A DNA stretch of 64,000 nucleotides from an uncultured delta proteobacterium (GCA_963792965.1 CAWBYW010000007.1:224001-288000); one strand, 5' to 3'. Shown: positions 12,943 through 23,236, counted from the stretch's first letter. Made by a program: numbers and translations. The notes: generated by a model from the letters alone, not told the origin.

Positions 12943-13772
12943 CGTCTTGTCACCAGTTTGGTTATGAAGTTCATCGCCAGAACAAACACGACCAGCACAA
13001 AGGATGCCCCCCAGGCGAGCGCATGCCATTCTTTGTAAGGGCTCGTGGCGTACGTGAATATCAATAGTGGAAGCGAATCGACCGGCTTGAGGATGTTGTA
13101 GTTCATGAAGGGGTTACCGAAGGCCGTGAAGAGAAGTGGGGCCGTCTCACCGCCGACCCGGGCGACACCGAGGAGAATGCCCGTGACGATACCGCTCATT
13201 CCCGCCGGGACAATGACCTTCAAGATCGTCTTGTAGTAGGGCACCCCGAGGGCTAGGGAGGCCTCCCTAAGGTCATTAGGGATGAGCTTGAGGGTTTCCT
13301 CGGTCGATTTGATGATCACCGGCAACATCATGACGGCCAGCCCTATTCCGCCTGCGAGGGCCGAAAAGCTCCCGAGCGGGATGACGATCCATGTGTACAC
13401 GACGATACCGATGATGATCGAAGGTATTCCCATAATGACCTCGACCGACATCCTCACCATCTCCGGGATTCTACCCTCGCGGTGCTCGTTGAGGAATATG
13501 CCCGTGGAAATCCCAATCGGCACCGAGAGGCCGGAGGCGATAAGGATAAGCATTAGGGTTCCGACGATCGCATTGATAATCCCTCCGCCCTCTTCACCCA
13601 TCGGCTTCGGCAGTTGCGTCAGGAAATCCCAGTTGATAACGGCGATTCCGTTTTTCACGATATAATACAGGATCAGCAAGAGCGGCACGATGGACATAAA
13701 CGAGAGGATAACTACGATCGCCAAAAAGAGCCGGTTCTTTACTATGCGATAGGGAGTGCTCGAGCTTTTCAT
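12939..13772 (-). CDS. pstA: Phosphate ABC transporter permease
   Basis: Multi-TM, EASLALG EAA loop, ARVGGETAPL. Confidence 0.95.
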   Translation of the reverse strand: MKSSSTPYRIVKNRLFLAIVVILSFMSIVPLLLILYYIVKNGIAVINWDFLTQLPKPMGEEGGGIINAIVGTLMLILIASGLSVPIGISTGIFLNEHREGRIPEMVRMSVEVIMGIPSIIIGIVVYTWIVIPLGSFSALAGGIGLAVMMLPVIIKSTEETLKLIPNDLREASLALGVPYYKTILKVIVPAGMSGIVTGILLGVARVGGETAPLLFTAFGNPFMNYNILKPVDSLPLLIFTYATSPYKEWHALAWGASFVLVVFVLAMNFITKLVTRR

Positions 13773-13773
13773 A

Positions 13774-14694
13774 TTAGTCTATTCCCACGCTCGTCTTTCT
13801 GATGATATAGCGCCCTACGAGATTGATGATCAGCGTAATGATGAAGAGCAAGAGTCCCACATATATCAGGCTTGCCCGATGCAGTGAGTCGGTCGCCTCG
13901 GCGAACTCGTTGGCTATAACGGACGCCATGGTATTTGCCGGCACGAATATGTTTGCGATCGAGAGAAGGTTTTCCGGCAGTGAGTTGGCGTTTCCGATGA
14001 GCATCGTGACCGCCATCGTCTCTCCGATGGCCCTCCCGAGAGACAGAATGATCCCGGCGATAATCCCCGATCGCGCTGCCGGTAGCACGACCCTCCTGAT
14101 CACCTCAAATCTCGTGGCGCCGAGGCAGTAGGCAGCCTCCTTGAGATCGTTGGGCACAAGCGTAATCACCTCCCGGGCGATTGACGCGGAGTACGGAATG
14201 ATCATGACGGTGAGGACTACGGAGGCCGTCAGTATTCCCACGCCGTAGGGAAGGATGCTACTGTCGATCTTCATGAGGTTCATCTCGAGATCGATCACCA
14301 GCGGCACGAGAAAAAATATTCCCCAGAACCCGTAGATAATTGACGGTATCCCGGCCAGCAGTTCCACGGCGCTCTTGAGCAGGGTTGATATGATCCCCTC
14401 TCGGAAATACTCCCCCAGGAAGAGCGCGATGGAAATCGAAAAGGGGATCGATATGATCAGGGCGATACATGAGGTGACCAGTGTTCCCACGATAAAGGCC
14501 AATGCGCCGAAACTTCCTTTTACGGGGTCCCAGTCCTGACCCGTGATAAATCCGAGGCCGAATTTCCTCATCGATTCAATCGCGTCGATCGGGAGCGTTA
14601 CAAAGAAACTAACCAGAAGGATAAGAATCCCCACGGATGAGGCGATGAGCACCGCCCGGAAGATAAACTCTTTGGTCTTATACGTATCTCTCAT
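13774..14694 (-). CDS. pstC: Phosphate ABC transporter permease
   Basis: WDP, ELLAGIPSIIYGFWG, GRAIGETMAV; alternative start at 14709. Confidence 0.95.
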   Translation of the reverse strand: MRDTYKTKEFIFRAVLIASSVGILILLVSFFVTLPIDAIESMRKFGLGFITGQDWDPVKGSFGALAFIVGTLVTSCIALIISIPFSISIALFLGEYFREGIISTLLKSAVELLAGIPSIIYGFWGIFFLVPLVIDLEMNLMKIDSSILPYGVGILTASVVLTVMIIPYSASIAREVITLVPNDLKEAAYCLGATRFEVIRRVVLPAARSGIIAGIILSLGRAIGETMAVTMLIGNANSLPENLLSIANIFVPANTMASVIANEFAEATDSLHRASLIYVGLLLFIITLIINLVGRYIIRKTSVGID

Positions 14695-14794
14695 GGTGAT
14701 CGACCTCATCCCCTATAGGGAAGCACCCGGATCATGAGAAAATTCTCGTGGGGCATCGGCGGCGCGGATATCTCGCGGAGCTGACGCCGGTCAT

Positions 14795-15838
14795 CTATTT
14801 CTTGATCGGCCTGCCGTCGTAGGTGATCGACCTGATAATTCGTTCGACCTTTTCCACCGCCGGCTTTGAGATCGGGGCGTACTTGAGCGGCTCACAATAT
14901 TTCTGGCCTTCGTGCGTCATCCACCAGATGAGGGCGACGAGCGTTTGTGCCTTTTCCTTGGATCGTCCGGCGTAGTGCTGCTCCTGATAGAGTATGACCC
15001 ATGTCATACCGGCGATCGGGTACCCGGTGGCCGCATCGGTATCGGTAAGCGTTATCCGCGTATCATCCGGAATCGGCACCTCCGCCGCGACTTTCGTGGA
15101 ATCAAGGTTCGGCCTGATATATTTCCCCTTCTTATTCTGCAGCTCGGCAACGGGCATGTCGTTCTCGAGGGCATAGATCAGCTCGACATATCCGATGCTC
15201 CCGGGCAGGTGTGCAATTTGGCCGGCGACCCCGGGGTTACCCTTGGCGCCGAGACCGGCGGGCCACTTCACCTCCTTACCCGACCCGACCTTTTTGTTCC
15301 ACTCGGGGCTGATCTTGGCCAGATAATCGGTGAAGATGTTGGTGGTGCCGCTCCCATCGGAACGATGCACCACGGTGATGGGGAGCGGCGCCAGCTTCAC
15401 CCCTCCGTTCAGGGCAACGATCGCCTTGTCGTCCCACTTCTTGATCTTCCCAAGGAAGATGTCGGCCAAGAGGGCACGCGAGAGCTTGATCTCCGGGTTG
15501 CCGGGGATATTATAGCTGACCGCCACGGCGCCGAGAGTGATGGGGATATGGAGGATGTTGGCCGGCGCGGCCTTGAGGTCTTCGTTGCTCATGAACGCGT
15601 CGGTCGCCCCAAAATCGACAGTCTTTTTCTTCAGCTGCTCGATACCGGCCCCCGAACCGATCCCTTGATAGTTGACTTTTACCTTGAACTCCTTGTAGTA
15701 GGCGTCAAACATTTTCGAATAAAGGGGCTGAGGGAACGTTGCGCCGGCCCCAAGGAGCTCCGTGTCGGCGGCCGAGGCGATCCGGGCCGTAGCGACTAAA
15801 AGCATCGCAAGAAGGAGCGATCTTAAGAGACGTCTCAT
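14795..15838 (-). CDS. pstS: Phosphate ABC transporter substrate-binding protein
   Basis: Signal peptide, GAGATFP, GSGAG, DFGATD, HRSDGSGTT; AGGAGG RBS. Confidence 0.96.
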   Translation of the reverse strand: MRRLLRSLLLAMLLVATARIASAADTELLGAGATFPQPLYSKMFDAYYKEFKVKVNYQGIGSGAGIEQLKKKTVDFGATDAFMSNEDLKAAPANILHIPITLGAVAVSYNIPGNPEIKLSRALLADIFLGKIKKWDDKAIVALNGGVKLAPLPITVVHRSDGSGTTNIFTDYLAKISPEWNKKVGSGKEVKWPAGLGAKGNPGVAGQIAHLPGSIGYVELIYALENDMPVAELQNKKGKYIRPNLDSTKVAAEVPIPDDTRITLTDTDAATGYPIAGMTWVILYQEQHYAGRSKEKAQTLVALIWWMTHEGQKYCEPLKYAPISKPAVEKVERIIRSITYDGRPIKK

Positions 15839-15922
15839 TGAGCACCTCCTTAAAATCGGTTTTATCGTCACGAGCACTATAAATTAAATAGATTATCTCT
15901 CTCCTGTATAGCGGAGATAATC

Positions 15923-15944
15923 ATTCTGTAAATATTGTGTAAAT
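15923..15944 (-). promoter_or_regulatory. Pho-box-like 11-bp tandem direct repeat upstream of pstS
   Basis: ATTTACACAAT ATTTACAGAAT on the minus strand, 11-bp period typical of PhoB sites. Confidence 0.7.
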
Positions 15945-16010
15945 TTCCCTCCTTTTCGGCGCTCACCGAATATCCATGTAACGCTGACCGGAAAATACCT
16001 CCACCCCCGG

Positions 16011-17738
16011 CTACGTGAGGCTCTTCTGCGGGATCCGTATGGTGAACTTAGATCCGACACCAACACGGCTTTCAACCTCGATATCTCCTCCGTGAAATAG
16101 GACGATCTGCTTCACGATCGAGAGGCCAAGGCCCGTCCCACCGAGCCTCCGGGCGCGGGATTTATCGACGCGATAGAATCGATTGAATATCTTCCCGATA
16201 TCGTCCCTCGGTATGCCGATTCCGGTATCGGCGATTTCGGCGGTGAATAGGTCGTCGCGCGCCATCAACGAGATTGTTATTCCGCCCTTTTCCGTATATT
16301 TTATCGCATTGTCGATAACGTTTATGAACATCTGTTCCAGCCAAAAGGGATCGGCGCTGATGACCGGCGCCTTATGACCGGCGTCGATAGTTATCGTCAG
16401 CCCCTTTTGTTTGATCTTATCGTCAAACATCTCGCTGATGTCCTGAACCATCTCCCCCACGTCTACGCTCCCGATTTCAAGCGGGACATCCTTCTCCTCA
16501 AATTCTGAGAGGAGCAAGAGATCTTTTATGATATCGATCATCCGATCGGTGTTTCTTCTGATAATCTCGATGTAATCTTTCCTCTTCCGCTCATCGGCCG
16601 TCTGGAGGGTCTCGATGAATCCCTTAATGGATGTAAGTGGCGTGCGCAGCTCGTGGGAAACGTTGGTCACGAACTCCTTCTTGGCCAGTTCGAGCTGCTT
16701 GATATCGGTTATGTCATGGAAGACGGCAACGATCTCATCGGTCGATTCGATTGAGGATACGCCGCACGCGTAAATTCGATTGGCTATGTGGACCTCATCA
16801 TGCCTGTTTTGCCGATCGCGCTTTACCCCTTCGATCAGTTCCCCCACGCTCAGGTCCCTCATCACCTCCCAATAATACTTTCCCGAGATGGGCGTATCAT
16901 GAGCGATCTTCGTAAGGCTCTCATTGAAAAGGACGATCCTTCCGCTTTCGTCGAGGACCAACAGCGCTTCGTCAATCGAAGAGATGATCTGCAAGAGCTC
17001 ATCCTTGCGCTGGGATACCTGGTTAAACAGAAGCTGTATCCTTTCCGTCATGTAGTTAAACCGATCGCCCAGGTCTTTGAGCTCATCATTGCGATCTATG
17101 AAGACGCGAACGCCGAAATCCCCCTGCGCCACCCTTTTTGCCGCGTGGCCGAGCTCCGAGATCGGACGCGAGAGGCTCGCGGAAAATACCGCGGACATCA
17201 AGATCGAAAGGAAAAGCACAGACAGAAAGATTATAACAAATACATGCGTGGGCATCGATCCAATGCCCTGATCGACCGGAAGGGTTACCATAATGACGCC
17301 GACGATTTCGTTTCCGCGCCTGATCGGGGCCGTCGCCGTGAGCATCTTCCGACCGATGACCGTCTCCTCATCGACGCGCGTCTCGGCGATGCCGTTAAGC
17401 GCGTCGATAAATTCGCGGCCCCCGGAAACGTTCCTAAGAGAGATGGGGGCTCTTCCGGTATCCGCGCGTACGCCTCCCGTTCGGTCCAGAACGACGATTC
17501 GCTCACTATACCCGAGGTGGGCTCCTCCGATGGCTTCACGGAGAGCCGCCTCACCCGCTTCCATATAGGGCGAGACAACCAACGCCATCGAGACGGAGAG
17601 ATCGCTCATAATCGACCCCATCGCGTCGGCATGATAGAATTGGATCGTTTGATAGAACGAGACAAATATGACAATCGTGAGAACGATCGTAATGAGGGAA
17701 TGGATGACCAGAATTTTCAGGAAGAGTCTGCTTTTCAT
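16011..17738 (-). CDS. phoR: Phosphate regulon sensor histidine kinase
   Basis: 2 TM, HAMP, PAS, VSHELRTPLTSI H-box, FYRVDKSRAR..GGTGLGLSIV. Confidence 0.92.
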   Translation of the reverse strand: MKSRLFLKILVIHSLITIVLTIVIFVSFYQTIQFYHADAMGSIMSDLSVSMALVVSPYMEAGEAALREAIGGAHLGYSERIVVLDRTGGVRADTGRAPISLRNVSGGREFIDALNGIAETRVDEETVIGRKMLTATAPIRRGNEIVGVIMVTLPVDQGIGSMPTHVFVIIFLSVLFLSILMSAVFSASLSRPISELGHAAKRVAQGDFGVRVFIDRNDELKDLGDRFNYMTERIQLLFNQVSQRKDELLQIISSIDEALLVLDESGRIVLFNESLTKIAHDTPISGKYYWEVMRDLSVGELIEGVKRDRQNRHDEVHIANRIYACGVSSIESTDEIVAVFHDITDIKQLELAKKEFVTNVSHELRTPLTSIKGFIETLQTADERKRKDYIEIIRRNTDRMIDIIKDLLLLSEFEEKDVPLEIGSVDVGEMVQDISEMFDDKIKQKGLTITIDAGHKAPVISADPFWLEQMFINVIDNAIKYTEKGGITISLMARDDLFTAEIADTGIGIPRDDIGKIFNRFYRVDKSRARRLGGTGLGLSIVKQIVLFHGGDIEVESRVGVGSKFTIRIPQKSLT

Positions 17739-18418
17739 ACATCCAGCTTGTAGCCGATCCCCCTCACATTCTTTATCAGCGACGCGGCCTTTCCCATCTT
17801 CTTCCTGAGGTTTTTGACATGCATGTCGACCGTGCGATCGATAACGGTCTTCTCGTCCCCCCAGAGATAGTCGAGGATCCGGTCGCGCGTAAATACCATC
17901 CCCGGTTTTCCGGCCAGCAGCCTGAGGATCTTGAATTCCGTGGCGGTCAGATCGACTTTCCGGCCGGAGATCACCACCTCATATTTATCCACGTCAAGGC
18001 TCACGATATCCCCGATGGTGATCCTCTTCGACTCAGCGCCCGGCGCCTTCCGTGCGATGATTTTTTTTACCCGGACAACCAGCTCTTTGGGTGAAAAGGG
18101 TTTGGTAATGTAGTCGTCGGCGCCGAGCTCAAGGCCGAGGACCCTGTCGGACTCTTCTCCTTTTGCCGACAGGACGATGATGGGAATCTCGGAGTACTCA
18201 TCTTCTTTCTTCAACCGCTTGATGATCTCGATACCGTCCTCGTCCGGGAGCATCAGGTCAAGGACGATGAGGTCCGGCCGCTGCTTTTTGAGGAATTGGG
18301 ACAGACTCGTCCCGTCCAAGAAGCCATGCACGACAAAGCCGGCGCTTTTCAGATGAAGCGATACGAGCTCAACAATATCCGGCTCGTCGTCGACGACTGC
18401 GATATGAGGGACGTTCAT
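17735..18418 (-). CDS. phoB: OmpR/PhoB-family response regulator
   Basis: REC domain (DDE, DLMLP, KPFS) plus winged helix (RTVDMHVKNLRKK); next to phoR-pst. Confidence 0.9.
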   Translation of the reverse strand: MNVPHIAVVDDEPDIVELVSLHLKSAGFVVHGFLDGTSLSQFLKKQRPDLIVLDLMLPDEDGIEIIKRLKKEDEYSEIPIIVLSAKGEESDRVLGLELGADDYITKPFSPKELVVRVKKIIARKAPGAESKRITIGDIVSLDVDKYEVVISGRKVDLTATEFKILRLLAGKPGMVFTRDRILDYLWGDEKTVIDRTVDMHVKNLRKKMGKAASLIKNVRGIGYKLDV

Positions 18419-18674
18419 AGGGGTGTCACCGAAGGTTTGTGAGACGTGTATATCATCTTAACATACAATTGCAAATCGTCAATACGTTTTCTGGGGAAAA
18501 GATGCCCGTCCGACGTCCGTCACTCGCACGGGACCACGGCCCCTGATCGATCGATTAAGAAATGGTCCGAGATTCCACACAATCTCGAACCTATCAATAT
18601 TGCATCCTTATTTCATCCATGCTATTATATCGGCGGAATATGTACGATGTGTAATTTTTGAGAGATTTCTTGAT

Positions 18675-19610
18675 ATGGACCAAAAAGACAAGGCTGATAG
18701 CCGGCTGGTTATGAAGGGAGTCCTCTCGGTCCTTTCCCTTCCCGGTCTCATTCAAACGATTGACACGAAGAAGAAGATCCAGATCCGATTAAAGCCTGAG
18801 AGTAGGAGCATCGGAATGCTCTTTTTCTCCGAGGGGAAGATCGTGCACGCCTCCGTGGGCGATACGATCATGGGGAAAAAGGCGTTCTTCAGGATGATGG
18901 GATGGAAGGATATCCCTTTTGAGATGTTCGAGCTCATGAAAGACGCCGACGTCAATGAAACCAACATCTCGATGGAAACGATGGAACTGATCATCGAAGG
19001 AACCCGCCAGGTCGACGAAATAAACCGGCTCGAGGAGAGACTCCCTCTCTATTATAAGATCAAGGCCAACCCCTCAGGAGACGCACAAGTCAGTGATGGA
19101 GAATGGGGTATTCTCAAACTCATACAACCAGGAGACTTCGTGAGGAAGATACTCGACAAGAGTCCTGAGGACGACCTTTACATCTATCGAGCGCTGGTCT
19201 CTCTCATGGAGTCAAAGCTGATCTCGTTTTTGAGAATCAAGGTTCTCGTCATCGACGATAATCAGTTCTTTGCGGGGATCGTTAACGATGTCATAGAACG
19301 GCTCTTTAAGAGCCTCTTTACTACCCTTGTGGTGAACAGCGGCGAAAAAGGGATCGGCATCATCGAGGGCCTCAGTAAGCCGGATCTTGTGATCTCAGAC
19401 CTGATCATGGAGGGGAAAAACGGTTTTGACGTCATCGACGCCTCAAACAAGTATAATATACCGATTATGATTCTGACGTCGGAAAGAAGGAATAAGGACA
19501 AGATTGTCGAGAGCGGGGCCGTCTATATGCATAAGTCGGTGCTCGGAACCGATGAGTTCACCGACATCTTCCGGAAGTCTTTGTTTGAGATTTTGACTTC
19601 CAGCGATTAG
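18675..19610 (+). CDS. DUF4388 (PatA-N-like) domain plus receiver domain protein
   Basis: GVLSVLSLPGLIQ...LFFSEGKIVHA...AFFRMMGW...LIIEGTRQVDE; C-terminal KVLVIDD...SDLIM...ILTS. Confidence 0.75.
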   Translation: MDQKDKADSRLVMKGVLSVLSLPGLIQTIDTKKKIQIRLKPESRSIGMLFFSEGKIVHASVGDTIMGKKAFFRMMGWKDIPFEMFELMKDADVNETNISMETMELIIEGTRQVDEINRLEERLPLYYKIKANPSGDAQVSDGEWGILKLIQPGDFVRKILDKSPEDDLYIYRALVSLMESKLISFLRIKVLVIDDNQFFAGIVNDVIERLFKSLFTTLVVNSGEKGIGIIEGLSKPDLVISDLIMEGKNGFDVIDASNKYNIPIMILTSERRNKDKIVESGAVYMHKSVLGTDEFTDIFRKSLFEILTSSD

Positions 19611-19682
19611 TCCCGACGGACGCCTCCATCCCCTTCGTGGGACCGGCGAAACGTAAGCTGTTATTACTCTCGGGATTGTTCT

Positions 19683-19704
19683 GCGCCGAAATCGGCGCTT
19701 TTTT
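19683..19704 (+). terminator. Rho-independent terminator
   Basis: GCGCCGA-AA-TCGGCGC followed by TTTTTT. Confidence 0.7.
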
Positions 19705-19801
19705 GTTTCTGTTGTGGAAACTGCCGAGCTCGCCGGACGTCCAACTGCCGAGGTTACGCCGGTGCCGCCGATCAGCTGCCCGCACGGCCGTCCGGGACTC
19801 A

Positions 19802-20086
19802 TCAATAATTTTCGTCTACCCTTTTCTTGAGCTCCCTGCCAACTTTAAAGAACGGAAGTCTCTTTTCCTTCACCTGAATCTTGTCGCCCGTTTTCGGGTT
19901 CCTGCCTGTATACGGCTTATACTGTTTTACGATGAAGCTGCCGAACCCGCGTATTTCTATCTTGTCGCTTTTCTTTAGCGTTTCGGTCATCTCATCGAAT
20001 ATCAGATTTATCACTATCTCGGATTTCTTTTGGGTAAGGTTGATTCGTTTCGCGAGGACCTCGATCAGATCAGATTTATTCATCAT
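19802..20086 (-). CDS. ihfB: Integration host factor beta / HU family protein
   Basis: NKSDLI, IEIRGFGSF, GRNPKTG, PFFKVGRELK. Confidence 0.85.
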   Translation of the reverse strand: MMNKSDLIEVLAKRINLTQKKSEIVINLIFDEMTETLKKSDKIEIRGFGSFIVKQYKPYTGRNPKTGDKIQVKEKRLPFFKVGRELKKRVDENY

Positions 20087-20112
20087 ACGGCCCCCTGGAG
20101 GAATTACGGTAA

Positions 20113-20188
20113 TGGTGCCCCCGACAGGATTCGAACCTGTGGCACACGGATTAGGAATCCGTTGCTCTATCCCCTGAGCTACGGGGGC
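20113..20188 (-). tRNA. tRNA-Arg(CCT)
   Basis: Cloverleaf GCCCCCG..., anticodon arm ACGGA-TTCCTAA-TCCGT, TTCGAAT, encoded CCA. Confidence 0.97.
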
Positions 20189-20242
20189 GGACTTCTCTAT
20201 CTATTTTAACAAACATAAAAACCATGAGCCAAAACGTTTAGA

Positions 20243-20271
20243 ACATTAGCATTTTTTCTTATTTGTGTCAA
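20243..20271 (-). promoter_or_regulatory. Sigma70 promoter of tRNA-Arg/ihfB
   Basis: TTGACA, 17 bp, TAATGT with extended -10 TG. Confidence 0.65.
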
Positions 20272-20511
20272 GAAGATAGTTGGTTTTTCCCCTGTCGCGC
20301 GGCCTCTTTTTGACATCAGGATTTTTTCTATATCAACGCACCTATAACGGCAATATAGCTTTATGTATACCATCGTATCTATCCTCAGTCCCTTGTTGGG
20401 TGTCGTCCCTCGTGAGTCCACTCAATAATGCATATCTAAATTAAGTTGATTATTATAATTTATATGGTAAACTTTGATCTCATCTTCCTTCACAAGGGCT
20501 TGGAGGCATAC

Positions 20512-21039
20512 ATGAAATACGCACACCCGCTGGGTCTTACCGCAACCAGGAGGACGTTCCTCAAGGTCCTGACTTGTGCCGGTGTCGCTGCCGTATGGGC
20601 CGGCCTTCCCGGATGCGCGCCCGACGGCAAGGCTCCCTCGGACTTGACGTTTCTTGACGCGAGCACCTATGGCGTCATTCGGGCGCTGGCCGAGCGTGTT
20701 ATACCCGCCGGCGGCGCCTTTCCCGAAGGGGCGGACGATGTGGACGTGGTTCGTTACTTCGACTCCATCGTTTCGGCCCAGCCCCCAGAGATTCAAAAAG
20801 ACATGAAGAGCGGGATACTCCTTCTTGAATACCGCGCCCTCTTCTTTCGCCTTTCATTCAAGCGCTTCACCGAGATGACGCCGGACACGCAGGACGCCTA
20901 CCTGAGAAGCTGGGAGACCAGCTCGATTCCCCTCTTCCGGGGGGTGTTTTGGGGATTCAAGAAGATCTGCTGCCTCGGCTTCTTTTCCAACGAAAAGATC
21001 TGGCCGCGTATCGCTTACGACGGCCGCTGGATCTCTTAA
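20512..21039 (+). CDS. Gluconate-2-dehydrogenase subunit 3-like Tat (lipo)protein
   Basis: TRRTFLK twin-arginine motif, LPGC lipobox, ERVIP...GA.DVDV, IWPRIAYDG. Confidence 0.8.
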   Translation: MKYAHPLGLTATRRTFLKVLTCAGVAAVWAGLPGCAPDGKAPSDLTFLDASTYGVIRALAERVIPAGGAFPEGADDVDVVRYFDSIVSAQPPEIQKDMKSGILLLEYRALFFRLSFKRFTEMTPDTQDAYLRSWETSSIPLFRGVFWGFKKICCLGFFSNEKIWPRIAYDGRWIS

Positions 21040-21053
21040 CCAGAGAGGGTGCC

Positions 21054-22583
21054 ATGATAATCTATCCCGACACGATAACAAAAGATCTGAGCGACTCCGC
21101 CGACGTCTGCATCATCGGCTCAGGCTCGGCGGGCGCCGTCGTCGCGATGGAGATGGCCGAGGCGGGGCTTTCGGTCATCCTATTGGAGGAGGGCGACCAC
21201 TTCGCCGCGGCGGATCTCAACCAGGATGAACGGGATATGCTTGCCCGGCTCTACCGACAGCGATACACAAAGGACCTCTCCATCGCCCTGACCCAGGCGA
21301 TCTGCCTCGGCGGGGGACCGGTCATCAACATGGCCGACTGTGTCCGCACCCCCGATCCCGTATTCGTCATGTGGCAAAAAGAATTCGGGATCGACGACAT
21401 ATCGCCCGAGACGATGCGTCCCTACTTCGAGAAAGCCGAGCGGATCCTCAAGGCCGCTAAGATCACCGAGGGGGCGCTTAATCCGAACAACCGGATCGTG
21501 AAGCGCGGATCGGAAAAGCTCGGATATAGGGGCGATACCTTCGTCAACAACCGGGTGGACTGCCTCGGGTGCGGCTTCTGCCTCCTCGGCTGCACCTACG
21601 ACCGTAAGCAGGCTACCACACTCAACTATATCCCGAGGGCCCTTTCGGCCGGCGCCAAGATCTATGTCTCGACGCGCGCCGATCGGATCCAGGTGAAGGA
21701 AGGGAAAGCCCACCGGGTCATCGGGGCCGTGCTCGATCCGAAAACGAAAAAGGCGCGCGCCGCAATCGACGTGAAGGCAAAGCTCATCATGCTCGCCGCA
21801 AATACCATCAACAGCGCCCAGATATTGCTTGGCTCGAAAATCGGCAACAGCAGCGGCCTGGTCGGGAAAAACCTCATGCTGCAGCCCCATACGATGGTAT
21901 CGGCGTTTTTTGACGAGGAGCTCAGGAGTTACCGGGGCATCCCCCAGTCATACGTCTGCAATCGCTTCGAGGAGATCAGTGAGGAAAAGGGACTTTCGGG
22001 CTTTCGCGTCGAGGGGGGATTCACCATGCCTGGGCAGGTCTCCACGATTATTCCGGGCTTCGGCCCCGGCATCAAGGAGCTCATGACCCGCTACAACTAT
22101 ATGGCCAACGTAATGGTGCTCGTCTACGACGAGCCGACGGGAGAGGTCTCGATCAATCGGCATGGAAGGCCTATCGTCACCTACTCCATGACCGATGACG
22201 TGAAGGCCCGGATGATAACAGGCATGAAGGAAGCGGCGCGGATCTTTTTTGCCGCGGGGGCAAAGCAGGTCATGTTCACCTATGAGACGCCCACGATCAT
22301 CGACGACGTGTCGAAGGTCTCCATCGTGGACACTCGCGGCATAAGGCCCGATACGCTTACCCTTATGTCGTTCCATATGCAGGGGACCTGCCGGATGGGG
22401 CCGGACCCGACGACGAGCGTCGTGGACAGCTACCTTGAGTCCCACGACGTGAAGAACCTCTTTGTCGTGGACGCTTCAGTAACGCCGTCAACGGCAAGCT
22501 CCCACAACATGCTCCCGATCATGGCGATGGCCCATCGAACGGCGGACTACATCCTGGCCAATCGCGACCGCTACTTCGGATAA
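21054..22583 (+). CDS. GMC-family FAD oxidoreductase
   Basis: IIGSGSAG, CLGCGFCLLGC cysteine motif, HMQGTCRMG, NLFVVDAS. Confidence 0.9.
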   Translation: MIIYPDTITKDLSDSADVCIIGSGSAGAVVAMEMAEAGLSVILLEEGDHFAAADLNQDERDMLARLYRQRYTKDLSIALTQAICLGGGPVINMADCVRTPDPVFVMWQKEFGIDDISPETMRPYFEKAERILKAAKITEGALNPNNRIVKRGSEKLGYRGDTFVNNRVDCLGCGFCLLGCTYDRKQATTLNYIPRALSAGAKIYVSTRADRIQVKEGKAHRVIGAVLDPKTKKARAAIDVKAKLIMLAANTINSAQILLGSKIGNSSGLVGKNLMLQPHTMVSAFFDEELRSYRGIPQSYVCNRFEEISEEKGLSGFRVEGGFTMPGQVSTIIPGFGPGIKELMTRYNYMANVMVLVYDEPTGEVSINRHGRPIVTYSMTDDVKARMITGMKEAARIFFAAGAKQVMFTYETPTIIDDVSKVSIVDTRGIRPDTLTLMSFHMQGTCRMGPDPTTSVVDSYLESHDVKNLFVVDASVTPSTASSHNMLPIMAMAHRTADYILANRDRYFG

Positions 22584-22607
22584 CGACTCAATCTTTTCTC
22601 GACAAGA

Positions 22608-22648
22608 AGCGGCGCCCATGATGGTCGCATGAGGCGCCGCTCTTTTTT
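22608..22648 (+). terminator. Rho-independent terminator
   Basis: AGCGGCGCC.../GGCGCCGCT stem followed by TTTTTT. Confidence 0.65.
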
Positions 22649-22650
22649 CC

Positions 22651-23211
22651 TCAAGTCCGGGAAATTTGTGCGATCATCTCGTCGGTCGTCACCACCCGAG
22701 AGAAGCCTGACGCCTGGACCGCGCATGTGGCCGCGTGTATCGTCGATGCGGAAAGGTCGCCGAGCGCGATGGCCGCCGTCGCGTCTTTCACGAAGTATAC
22801 CGTATAGCCGCGGGCGTTGGCGTCACGGGCCGTCGTATCGCAGCACATAAAGGACATCAGGCCGCAGACGATAACAGAATCGATGCCGCGCCGCTCAAGT
22901 TCAGTTTCCAGATTCGTGAGATAAAACGAGCTCGGCCTCGTCTTTGTAATGACCATCTCTCCATCCTCGGGAAGCAGACCCTCGACAAAATCAACGGCGT
23001 CCGTCCCTGCCTGGAAGGTAGCGTTAAGCGGTCTGGCGCTGATATGCCTGACGTGAATGACCGGAACTCCGTGTCCACGAGCGGCGGCCACCAGGCCCGT
23101 GATTTTTCTTTTCACCTCAGGGCCGTCGGGAACCTCGAGGAAGCCCCCCTTCTTGAAATACTCCTTTTGCATGTCTATGACGATGACGGCGCACTTCTCT
23201 TCGGATCCCAT
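22651..23211 (-). CDS. Isochorismatase-family cysteine hydrolase
   Basis: VIDMQ, ITKTRPSSF, CGLMSFMCCDTTARDA. Confidence 0.88.
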   Translation of the reverse strand: MGSEEKCAVIVIDMQKEYFKKGGFLEVPDGPEVKRKITGLVAAARGHGVPVIHVRHISARPLNATFQAGTDAVDFVEGLLPEDGEMVITKTRPSSFYLTNLETELERRGIDSVIVCGLMSFMCCDTTARDANARGYTVYFVKDATAAIALGDLSASTIHAATCAVQASGFSRVVTTDEMIAQISRT

Positions 23212-23236
23212 TGTTCACCTCAATGATTAGTACCTT

